Origin: Podarcis cretensis | Taxonomy: Eukaryota | NCBI GenBank assembly: GCA_951804945.1 | Contig: OX638153.1 | Span: 102,548,001-102,612,000, forward strand | Direction: 5' to 3' | Length of the DNA stretch: 64,000 nt | In this document: positions 35,974 through 48,200 of the stretch, one piece after another | Numbering within the stretch: the stretch's first letter is position 1 | Layout: every line of letters starts with the position of its first letter | Notes under the pieces: generated by a model | What the model was told of the DNA's origin: nothing | Database searches by the model: none | Seen by the model: only the letters and a program-made list of their open reading frames with translations | Position numbers and translations under genes: made by a program

Positions 35974-38900
35974 CAGCTGAATTTATATGCCACCCTATAC
36001 CTGGAAGTATTTAGGAATGTGTGTGTTGTTGTTTTTGAAAAACATGTTAAAAATCCACATCTAAATTTGCATTGTGGTTGCTGTTTTTCAGGAGCTGCAG
36101 ATTAATGCAGAATATTTAAAGCAGGAGGTGGAGAACCTGCTGCCCAAGAACTGATTTCATATTGGGGAGGGGGCAGAGAGAAGCCATAAACTGCTGAGTC
36201 AGTTGGGGGGAGGAGAAGCGCCCCCCCACTCTACAGGCACCCAGTTCTGCCCTCTCTCTTCCCTGGCAGCTTCCTGAGTAAGAAAGGGGAAGGGGGTGAT
36301 GGCCTCGCCCACTGGACCTCCCATTTCTTGCCCACCCCCCGGAACAAGGCCCTTGAGAGGCAAATGGGCTCCCCACCCCCCACCCTGCTGCCCCCCCCCA
36401 AAGGAGCCCTGAGAGCAAAGGCACAGAGCTGACTTCAAGGCTGAGCTCTGGGGCAAGAAAGCCAAAGCTCTGGGGCAGCTCAGTTGGCAGAGCATGAGAC
36501 TCTTAATCTGAGGGTTGTGGGTTCCAGCCCCACGTTGGGCAAGGGGTTGGACTGGATGCCCCTCGTGGTCCCTTCCAACTCTACCATCCTACGATCCCAC
36601 CGCCTACCTCTGGCTTCCAGGCTGAGGCTTCTTGACACCCATCTTCTCCACGTTTGCTTCATATACCCTGTTGATGATCTCATTTCCCAATTCACACATC
36701 AGCTGCAAGCGAAATGAAGGGAGAGTTGAAAGGAAGGACAGCACCTGCTCAGGGTCACCTTTGCCCTTAAATGGCACCTCATTGGTCAAAGGCAGAAACC
36801 GTCCCGGGTTCGGGGGGGGGGGTAGCACCCATCAGCCGCCGTGGGCACAGCCTGCCTCCTTCCCATCGGCTGGATAGAGAAGACCAGACACAGGAGGGAG
36901 GGGGGCTCACTGAAACCGGAAGCCCCTTTGTGCCTTCAAGGCCACTGACCGCAATGGGCACAGGCAATTCTGTACCAGAAAGGCCTGGTCTGCCTTACAG
37001 GTGTTATAAAGTCTTCTGTGCCACCCCCAAAATGGCAGTGGCTTCATGCCAACACCAAGGATTCCACTCTGAGGATTTTTTCCTGCAATCAAGCAGTGAA
37101 TTTTTACGAAATAAATTGTTCAACCAATTCCTAAGTATTTAAAGAAAAAAGACCCATTGCATTTCATGTCAACAGCACAATTTCAACTCTGAATTATGCA
37201 AATGTTACCCTGCCTGGTAGAATTTTTTACAGGTGAATATTATGTTCCCTGCCACCCGTAGGACCCTGCGCAGGATGGTGGCCCCCCTGCCCCTGGAGAC
37301 AGCCCCTGAACCCTTGAAGGAGGGCCTTCTCTTCCCTTCCCAGGCCCATGTGGCCCCAGGGGCTGCCCCCAGGTCCCAAAGTGCAGGAGGAGGAGGAGGG
37401 CTTCCTCGCAGCTCTCTTCTGCCCCAACCTGCTGGGCAAATACCTTGAGCAGCTCTGGCTCCCAGGAGTCAAGCGTCAAGGAGCGGACTTTGGAGAAATG
37501 GACACCCAGGCTCCTAAGCAGAAGAGAAAAGGGAGAATGAGCCTGAAATCAGCCAGGGTGGGCACTGTGCCCTCCCTCCCTCCCTGGTGTGGGGCTTGAG
37601 CTGCCCAGCCTGGCCAGCCTGCCCACCTGTGGATGCCAGAGCACTCAATGCACAGCGTGATGCCCAGGTTGATGCTGGCCCACCGGGGGTCTGCCAGGCC
37701 GCAGTCGCAGCAGACAGCGTTGCCAGGAATGCTCTGCACCCTCTGGAGAGAGCTCTCTCCTTTCAGCAGCTTCTCTTTGGGTTCCGCGCCCGTTTCCGGG
37801 CTCCCCCTGGAAGGGGACGGCTTCCCCTCCACCTGGAGAAGAGGAGAAAGAGGGACTCGTGTGACAGCCGCCAATCTGCAAAGCCGAGACATCAAGGGCT
37901 GCCTCCTCCTCCTCCTCCTGCAGCCTGGCTTCCCTGGGCAGCTCTCTGGGTGCCTGTGCCTGCAGCCCAGACTGCAGAAGGCAAAAGGCAAAGCCCTCCA
38001 CTATCTGCCCCACACAGGCAGCAGCCACTGAAGGCCTTCCTCCCCCCTAGCTCCTCTTCTGCAGCTGCAGGGAGGGACCTTCCTCTGGGCCCCGAAGGGA
38101 ATCCACTAAAAGGAGCTTTAAGCCCTCGTGTGCTTCACTGCAGGGAGAGCAGGAGGCTGTGCCACCTAGAGAGCCGTCTGCCGGCGGTGATGCTCTTCGC
38201 AAGGCTGCCCTGCCCCTTGCGCTGGTGGAGAAAGGGCTCCCTCTCCCACTTGCCTCTGCGCTGTCCCCTTTCTCCCTGTAGGCCGTGGCAATGCTGGCCT
38301 GCACCGCCTTAATCCACGCTTGCCGCAGCTTCTCCGAGTCTGCCTGAAGGATGCAGCTCCTGCGAGAGACAGACAGAGACGAGAGAGAGGGAGAGAGAAA
38401 GAGAAAGAAAGAAAGAGAAAGAAAAAGAAAGAGAGAAAGAGAGAAAGAAAGAAAGCCAGGTGGGTGGGTGGGTGCTGAGCACACCTAGAGCCAGTTTGCC
38501 TTGCACCAACTGTGCCTGCAAGCCCCCAACCACCCATCAAGCGCCCTGGATGGGCAGCCAGGACCCTCATGCATGGACAGCCACGTGGGTCTATGTCCGT
38601 GAGGGCCCCAAGAAGCTGCTCCAGAGGCCCCAAGCAAGGACTGGTGAAGGAGCCTCCAGATGGCCGGGCAAGTCCACACACCCCAACACCCCTCCTGCCC
38701 ACCTCCACCGCCCGAGACTCTGCCAAGGCCCCCTGGCACAGCCAGCCCAGAGCTGAGCCTCAGGAACAAGGAGAGGCAGCTCAGGGGACCTCAGTCCAGC
38801 CTGGGGACTGAGCTCCTCCAAGCAAGGCTGATGCTCTGCCCCTGAGCTGCCACCTTCCCCCTTGCTCCCAGCTTGGGGGCAGCAGGAAGCTGGACCAGGT

Positions 38901-41900
38901 GAGGCGAGATAGGCCTCCAAATTCCCCCAAGAAAGCAAAACCGCCTGCCAAGTGACAAGAGGAGGAGGAGGAGGAGGAAAGGCAGCTTCTGCCCCTTTGC
39001 CCATATTTGGGTGTGTGTCAAATAGTTATAATAAACCAAATTTGGGCCCAATTTCTATTTTAAACACGTTGAAACAAAAAAAACTGATATGGCATCTTAC
39101 TTTAATATGAGTTATCAGCTAACTTTTAGAATATATTTTATTTCATTACTTTGGCAACTATTCACTGAACCTTCCCATCAAAAGTTAGAAGAGTGATAAT
39201 GATGAGCCTAGATGACGACCGTTGACTTATCTGTCCTCTCTCCCCCTTGCTTCTCCCCCCACATTGGCCCTTCTGCCCCCCAGAGCCACCCCACCCTCGG
39301 CTATTCTCTGCCTCTCTGGCTTCATCATCCGAAGGGGCCACCCGTCTCTCCCATCGCCTTCCAAGGGCCCCTTACTTGGTTGGGGAGACGACCTCAAAGC
39401 AGAAGCGCCTCTCAATGTCTTCGCAGTGCTTGACTGTGCAGAGCCGAAGGTCTTCCACGACCACCGTGGGGTTATCCTAGGGAGAAAGGAAGAAGACGTG
39501 GGCCTCCAGCCAAGCCTGAGGGAAGCTCACCCAGGAACACCTCTGGCCAGCTCCATGGGGCAGAGCCCCCGCCTGCCACGCAGAAGGGCCCACACTCAAT
39601 CCCCAGTGGGGCTTCAAGAAACTCCCTGCCAGAAAGCCCGGAGAGACGCTGCTGCCAGTCAGTGTGGGCAGGCTCAGCCAGATACACTGAGTCCGGCCAC
39701 TGGCCTAAGGCAGCTTCCTCTGCTCCTGTGATGGGAGAAGGAGGATGGCAGAGCCCAGAGGGCACCCCACGGATGAAGGCTGCCTGAGAGTCTCTTAAGA
39801 CTTAAGGCATCCCAGCTCTCCTTGGGTGCGCCCCCAAAGAAATCAGTCCCCAAGGCATGGGGGTCAGAACCCCTCCGTTGGTGCCTCTCCTGCCTGCTGA
39901 GCCCAAAGGATCTCCAGCCACATAGAATAGAATCCTAGAATCACAGAGTTGGAAGAGACCACAAGGGCCATCGAGTCCAACCCACTGCCAAGCAGGAAAC
40001 ACCATCAGAGCACTCCTGACATATGGTTGTCAAGCCTCTGCTTAAAGACCTCCAAAGAAGGAGACTCCACCACACTCCTTGGCAGCAAATTCCACTGTCG
40101 AACAGCTCTTACTGTCAGGAAGTTCTTCCTAATGTTTAGGTGGAATCTTTTTTCTTGTAGTTTGGATCCATTGCTCCGTGTCCGCTTCTCTGGAGCAGCA
40201 GAAAACAACCTTTCTCCCTCCTCTATGTGACATCCTTTTATATATTTGAACATGGCTATCATATCACCCCTTAACCTCCTCTTCTCCAGGCTAAACATGC
40301 CCAGCTCCCTTAGCCCTTCCTCATAAGGCATCGTTTCCAGGCCTTTGACCATTTTGGTTGCCCTCCTCTGGACACATTCCAGTTTGTCAGTGTCCTTCTT
40401 GAACTGTGGTGCCCAGAACTGGACACAGTACTCCAGGTGAGGTCTGACCAGAGCAGAATACAGTGGCACTATTACTTCCCTTGATCTAGATGCTATACTC
40501 CTATTGATGCAGCCCAGAATTGCATTGGCTTTTTTAGCTGCCGCGTCACACTGTTGGCTCATGCCAAGTTTGTGGTCAACCAAGACTCCTAGATCCATAC
40601 CTCACACCCAAGCAGCCCAGGGAGAAGCATCTCTCCTGGGCCATCAAAGCCCCAGGCATCTCTGTCCCCCACTTTGTTCCCCTGGGCTTCATGCTAGCAG
40701 CCCCACTGCCTGCCCCTCGCCCTGGGGAGGAGAGGAAAAGGCAGTTGTAGGCGAGGCAGGCCCCCCCCCATGGCTGTGTCCCTGAGTAAGCGCCATACTC
40801 CATCCCAGTGGTCCACCTGTCCCAACTTCCTGCCTCCCCAGCCCTTGGAGCCCCCCCCCCGCCCGCCGGCATGCTTCCCCAGGACTCACCTTAAATTTCT
40901 TCTGGTAGACCAGCTGATTGTTCTGGATGGAGAACCAGCGCCTGCACAAGTGAAGGGAGCAAAATCAACAGCCCTCTCCTGGCAGCAGGAACCGGGGAGC
41001 CAGGAAGAGAGAGGACCTGGGCACACAGCAGCTGCAACCCTCCATGGCAGCAGCACCCCAGTCCACAAACACAGAGAGCACGAAGCCTGGCTCTGGGGGG
41101 GGGGTGTCTCAGGAGGTCAAGCGGGGGGGGGGGCTTCAGCAAATCACCACTAGCCTTAGCAGAGCCTTCTGCCTACGGTGGCTGGTGTGACAAATGCCAC
41201 AGGAGCTGTCAGAGTGTTTTGCGCCTTGAAAGTGCATTACCTGCCCTTCATAGGCACAGGGAAGGAGGGAGGGACTGCCCAGCTCCGACCAGGGCTCTGG
41301 GGCTCTGGACATGGCCGCCATGGGGCAGAGGCAAAGCCAGGTGAAAGAGAAGCTCCTGGGGGGATTTGGAGGAGAAGGAGGCCTGTCTATGGCACCTTGA
41401 GCTCCATGGAGGAAAGGGAGGGATAGAAATGCAGTAAATAAAAGGAAAAACGGGAAAAAGACCAAGATGACTCCCTAAGCCTGCCCCCCACCTAGCCTCT
41501 GAAGCACCAGAGCAGAAAGGGCCTCTAGGTCTGCCCTACAGAGATGGCAGGCGACCCCTACAGCATTGCTTCCTGAAGCTGGGGAGATCCTTGCACTGTC
41601 TGGCAAATAATAATGGTGGGAGTTGCAGGCTTTGAGTCTGGAAGTTCTGGTCAATGCTCCACAATCCAGAGGTGGCTCTCGCCTAAACAAGATCGAGCCC
41701 TGACAACGCCCCAAGGAGAGAGCAAGCGAAGGCCGCGTGGCCCCTGGAGGCTCAGCACGAGACTCTCTGCCACGTTCCACTTTGTCTTAACACACTTCAT
41801 TATTCCAAAGAAAGTGCAACACTCCAGACATTAGGCCTACACAAGGTTAATCATCAGCCCAGATTTAAGACGACTGCGTTTCAAAACACACCAAGACGTT

Positions 41901-42206
41901 TGCTGTTTGGAGGAGAAAGTAGTAAGATCAAGCATCTAGTCCAGACAGACAGAAAAGAAGAAGGCAGGTCCTCCATGCCTAGGGGTGAAGGCAAGGGGGC
42001 GGGGGACAATGTGCAATGGGGCAAAACGCAGAACAGCTGCCAGGAAAGACAGGGGGGCAGGCCTACAGGCTTCCTTTCTTGTGGGGCCAGTCAGGAGAGG
42101 GACCCTCCAGCCAAGAGGGGATGGGACTCTAGCTTGGTTTGTAGCAGAACTCCCTGCCCCCCTTGTTTTGCTGGGAAGTCACCAGACCCTGGTCAGCCTT
42201 GAAGAT

Positions 42207-42245
<39 letters not shown>

Positions 42246-42251
42246 GATAGA

Positions 42252-42290
<39 letters not shown>

Positions 42291-45200
42291 TATGCATCTG
42301 TTGGCGAATGAGCATCGCATGATGCTGCTGCGCTACAAAGATGGCCGTGACCGCTCTTCATCCAGTGCTGGGACCCACATCCAAATAGCTAGTCCACAGC
42401 TGTCCATGCATGGGGAGCCTCATGGCTGGATTGCTGCCATGTGCTAGAGGTGGGGCTCCCCTTGGGGTTGGTCCAGAGGCTGCAGCTGGCACAGAACATG
42501 GAGGCCCAACTAACTCCATGTCTGGGTTGCCCCTCAAATGGGTGTCTACCTCCACCCCTCCACTGTGGCCAGGAGAGCTGGGTCAGCAGCTGCAAGGACT
42601 GGGGCCGGGGGGGGGGGGAGGGAGAGGGGAAAGGAGGTGCAGCAGGAGCTGCAGCTGGGAGACCTTGAGACATCACTGCAGCCTCCCCCTCCCCAGACCC
42701 CCCATTACATTGCCATTGGCCAGAAGCTCACTCAGCCTCAGAGGGAAACCTTTCTTCTGGGAAGAGCAAGCAGGAAGTGAGCCCCTCGTGGCAACCCAGA
42801 GATCCCGGAGCTCCACTCTAACCCCAGGGCTGTGCCTCTTGGATCTGAGCAGTGAGAAGGAAGTGGGAAAGTCATTCTGCACTGCTGGGCATGGGGGGCA
42901 GCAGCAGCCAAGATGGAAAAGGGCACAACAACACCGGCTGTGGAGCTGGCAAATACTTCAGGGTCCCTGGAGATCCCAGCCAGCTTTCTGCTGGTTCCAG
43001 AGAAGCCCCTCCTCAGAGGCGGAGCCTACAGCACTCTGACCCACTGCAGCTACCAAATGCCAGCCCCCTCTTGTATCGTAGAAAAGGACAGCCCTCATAC
43101 ATAGGGAGGGAGGAATCCTCAACCACCAAACCTGCTTCAGCCATGGAGCAGCAGCAGGAGGAGGGGCCGTTACTCCCAAGGGGGACGGAGACACGTGGTT
43201 TGCCATCCATTGCAAATTGTTGGAGTGAAAAGGGTTAAGGGTTAGATTCAGAGCTTGCATGCTGGGCCAAAGAGGAAGAGGAAGGAGGGGAGGGAGAGGA
43301 TGCCGGAATCTGGCTGGTACCTGATGCCATCGGGCTTTTTCCTGTCAGGTGGAGAAAATGGGGAGGGTTAGGTGGGGGAAAGGAGGTGAAGAAATGAACA
43401 TGTTAAAAAGAAACAAAGCCCCCCGCAAACAAATAAGCAGAGAGCAGAGCAGAAGAGGAAGCAAGGCACCCCCATTTCAGCTGACCTAGGGAGGGAGGGC
43501 TAAGCCACAGGGCCTCTCTCTCCCTTCCTGTTGCCATCTTATGGCAGCCAAGGAACCCCAGGGAGCGGCTAGACACACACAGGAAAGAAAATGCGGGAAT
43601 TCTCTGCAACTAAAGAAACCTCTAGACACCCCCTCCTCTTCAACAGGAATCCCAGGGGCAGCGTATGTAAAAGGAAAACACAATTAAAACAGAGCTAAAC
43701 ACAAAGCAGAACAATCATAAACAGTCTTAGAAAGAAAGGAAGATCTGATGTGCCAGATGATGCCAGACCAAGCAGACTTGGGATTTTGTCTCAGCTGCTC
43801 TTTGGCTGGCACCGGGAGGACAAGGCAGGTGCCAGGCGGGCATCTCTGGAGAGAGCCTTCCATCCTCAAGGCAGCCTTCTCCCCGGTAGACCCTGCTGCC
43901 CCCAAGAGCAAAGCCACCACGCACACCTCAAAGAGCTCAGACACCCATGCTCCCCGAAGGTGCAGATATTCCTGGAACCTCGTGGCAAAGGGCAGGTTGG
44001 AAATCTTGCAAAGGATGCAATGGGCAAGAGCCACTCCTTCACCACGGAGAGCCCTCCACTTGCCAGACCAGAGCTCAGAAACAGCCCCTGCTTGACCCTT
44101 TGAAGGGACACACCAAGCACAGAACAAGGCCCAAGCCTGGCTTCTTTCCCAACAAGGCCTGATCTGGACTTTTAAGCTCACTGCCAGCCTGGCAAAGGGT
44201 TGACCCAGACCCCAATAGGGAAAAGAGTTCAATTCATTCCTTTACTAAAACCCCCCAAGTGCTATCAGCTCACCAGGCAAGGAGCTGAGCAGACACTCCC
44301 CTGCTGCTTGCATGGCAAGGAAGGAGACATGACCCAGGGGCAGGACTGTACGCTGGTCAACAGGGGATTTGGGCAGAAAAATGCATGATGATCAAAAAAG
44401 CCCAGCAGAGAGAAGCTCACTGACAGCAAAACTAGGGGTGCAAATTTGTGACCCCCTCCATGTGCTGTTAAAGGGATTAGTCCTGTGGAGAGGGGAGGCG
44501 ACAGAAGGTGATGCATCTGCCTCAGAGGCCAGAGAGCCACAAGTGGGAGGGGGAAGAAAGCAGCCCGTGTTGGGGGGGGGGGGGAGCACACAGCAAAGCC
44601 CAGCCCAGGCCACAGACAGTGGTAGCAGCAGGAAGAGGAAGCCGGGTACCTGTTCCAGGTCTTGAAGGCATTGCTGGCTCGCTTGAAGAGGTAGCCTTCC
44701 ATGACAACGCCACTGGCGGCATCCACATTGTACTCTAGCATAGGGTCATCGCTGGCAAAGTCCTGGCAGAAAAGAGGCACCTTGTTCAACAAGGGCAGCA
44801 AGATGGGGCACATCTCCCAGGCCAGTCCCCCTCACCCCAAAATAAGACACTCTGCCAGGTGGAAAGTGAGTGGCAGCATATGGGGCACCAGTCTCCCTTC
44901 TGGAGATGGCAGGTACAGCGGAGACTCTTCACGCCTGAAGGCTTCATTCACAAAGAAATGGACTCTTCCTATCTTGCTTGCCCTTCTAGGGCAAGCTGTT
45001 AGGGTTCCCCTTGCAAGCTGACATGGGAGGGCAGCTGTGGGGGAGATGGTGGGGCAGCTGAGCCCCACAACTCAAGAAATCCTGCACAGCCCTGCCTTGG
45101 GCAGGGAAGGAGAATTGGGGGTCTCAACAAGTTGCTTCTGAACCCAACTGGAGTGGCAGCTCCTGGGTCAGGTTGGTGGAAAGAGGCAGGCGGCCACCTG

Positions 45201-48200
45201 AGTCAGATGACAAGAGTTTGTCCCTTTGGGGTCCTCCAGAAGCAGCTCTCAGCAGCACAGTCCCAGGGATCTGCAACTCCATCAGGCGGGAAAGCAGAAC
45301 CCTGCCTGTGCCCTGAGAAAGCTGAGAGGCAGAAGACACCTCCGACTTCTGCCCAAAACACAGCAGCCACTAGGACAGAAAGTCCTTTGCTTCTCCTTCT
45401 CTCTCTTTTAAAATACTGTTTTTATTTATTTTCATGGTATAGAAGATAAATTTTGACTACTTTGGTTCTCTTTTGCCTTGGGTCTTCCCAAGACCAGCTT
45501 CAGAATGGGCTGCTTACTTACATTTTCAAGGGCCGAGACTCAAAAGCAATAATAATAGGGGTGTTTTCAAATCTCTCTGTGACTGTTTCTGGGGAGGGGG
45601 GGTTGTACTGTTTTTAAAACTATTTTTAGCTATGTTTGCTAAATTTAAAAATAAACAGCACCCAGTCCAGCTTAACACATGTGACAACCTTCTAAGAGCC
45701 TAACTGTTTCTACAGAGACAGCTTCCGTTGGCGGCTGGAGAAACTCTGGTCCCACCGAGTGGCAGGCGTCCACCTTGGCCTCACTGGAGGGCCAGAGTGG
45801 GCGTCCACAGAGGACCTGGGCAGCCCTGGCTTCTCCCTCCCCATAGTGTCCCCTGGGCAGCTGGCACTGGGGGGCTGGGAGAGTGCCCTGGAAGCCCTGC
45901 TGTCAGCGGGAGCACACTGGGAAACTTTTTCGATGCAGCCAGAAGAGAGAGACCAAGCGGGTGGACTGGCTGCCTCCTGCGTCCCCTGCAGTACCTTTTG
46001 CTGAATGGTGGAGTGTTTGTTCTCCATCTCCTTCTTCTCCCTCACAGCATCTACAGCCAGCCTCTCAAGCTGCAAGAAAGGAAGAGAGTTGGCAGTGCAG
46101 GCTCCTGTACCTCCAGGGCCAGAGAGGTGGGGCGCCTTGCTCGGTGTGCCAGGATGCCCCCCTGCCCAGGCGAGCTCCCCTCCCCTGGCAGCCTACCTGC
46201 CAGATCCCGACCTGAGGCTGGGCAAGGCCTGCCCGCTTCCTGCCGCTGCTCCACGGAGTTGGCTTCCCAGAACAGCCAAGGTGCCAGGGACCTGCGGTGG
46301 GGCTGGTGCAGCGCAAGGGCCGGCTGGAGAAAAGGATGACTCATGCCGCCTGAGCCGCTCCAGAGCCAGCTGCCCGGCCAGCCCTTCTCACGGCAGGAGC
46401 AGCAGCAGAGGAGGAGGAGGAGGAGGAGGAGAGAGCCCTGCTCCACAGCCAGCTCCGTCCCCGGGAGAGAGACCCAGTCACCCACTGCAGTTGTTACCTG
46501 AGCTCCAAGGTCTTTCATGTAGGGTCCAAGTTCACTGAAAAGGTCGTAGCCTTGATGGAAAAAGGCCAGGTGGGCATACATGAAGGACAGCATCTGGCAG
46601 GGAGGAAGAGGCAAGGTCTCAGGGGGCTTCCAGCACCCCTCACGCTCTGCCCTCGATGCCAAGCTCTCATCACCCTCCCTCTGCCCTCCTACACCTGGCC
46701 AAACTGGCCCCACGCAAACAGCTGCTCACTTTCAGCAACTCCCACAGGGCGAGGCCTGGCACCAGACCCAGGTCCCTCAGGGACACATTCGCCCATCATT
46801 TCCAACCCTGCAGTATTTCCTGGCAGGGTCATGAGAAGCTTACCGATTTTAGGATCTCTGATCTCCTCTTTGACTGAAGAACATTAATCTAGGGGGCAAA
46901 ATGAATCGTGTCAATATGCCGGCAACAGAGCATGGGAAGGAAGAGCTAGAAACTTCTGTAGGAGCAGTGCAAGGCAGGAGTCACAAAACAAACAGAAGGA
47001 TGGGGAACTCAAGACCAGCTCAAGCCAACGTTGCACCTGGGACGCTTCTTGTTTGCAAGGCACCTGCTGGGCCTTCAGCCCCAGAGCACCGGAGTTCCAG
47101 AAAAGGCGGGTGGCTCATTGGCCTCCCAAGAGGACTGGTCTGACTTGTCTCCAAGCCAGAGCTCTCTCCAGCTAAGCCAGAGAGGATTCCCCACTTTTGT
47201 CTCCTTTCTGCTGCTTTGAAGTGACCCTTCCCTTTCCCATGGTTCCATCTCCAAAGCCCTTTGTTCAGCCACCAGACACGCTCCAGCTTCCTCTTCCTGC
47301 ACCAGTCAAGGTGAGGCTGCTAGAAGGGCAGCTAACTTTGGGAAGGACAGTCAAAGCTACTTTTTAAACAAGCACATTTCTCTTTCTGGACATCAGGAGC
47401 AAAGAAATCCGTAAAACCAGGGCAACCAAATAAGGCAGAACCCCCCTCCCAAGGCTCTCATCACCCTGCAGCTGTCCTTCCACCTATCCTGGCTTCCTGA
47501 AGGGGTTCGGTGGGCTACTTCACCTGGAGGTGTTGCTCACAGCCCAGAACCCAAGGAGCAGCCAACTTCAGAGAAAGTGGAGGAGGCCTCTCCACCAGCA
47601 GCACCAGCTCTGGCCCCTGGCGAGCCTTCTACAAAGACCCCTCCCCACGCCAATTCCGGCAGTGGGGGGCTTCATGGAGAATACCCAAGTCACTAGAGGT
47701 AACTGCTGAGCTTCTCCTGACTTGCTCAGAGCCTTCACCCGCCCACAGCCAAGGCCTGACTGCCAGCCCTCTCTCTCCCTGGCTCTCCCTGGGCTTTGCC
47801 TCCGCCTGCCTCCGGGTCTCCTGCTAAGCCAAGCAAGACCTCTGCTCTGCCTGATGCAGCCCCATCCCCAGAGTCCCCCAGAAGCAGCAACACATTTCCT
47901 TGGCTCTTTCCCAAAGCCCCCGAGGGCGGCCCACCTGCAGGACGTAGTCGAGAGCGATGTGGCGGAAGCACTTCCTGGTGGCCGTCAGGATGTTGGTGGC
48001 CTCTTCCACCTCATGCTGCTTGGTCCGTGGGACCTGGGCGTTCTTGGCCAGGGCATTCTCCTTCTCTTCGCTGACTTTCTCAAACTGCTTCTTGGCATCT
48101 TTGAACTTTCTGATATCTCTAGAGTGCAAAGGAAACACAGGGCTCCCCTCCATCAGCTGCCCTTCGCAGCACAGCAGCGCCCAGGCGGCTTCACAGGGGA

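Noticed and set aside
36473-36545. tRNA-Lys(CTT) gene
   Set aside because: The acceptor stem and T-loop are degenerate (GGTTCCAG) and it runs into a CR1-type tail, so it is a SINE head rather than a functional tRNA.
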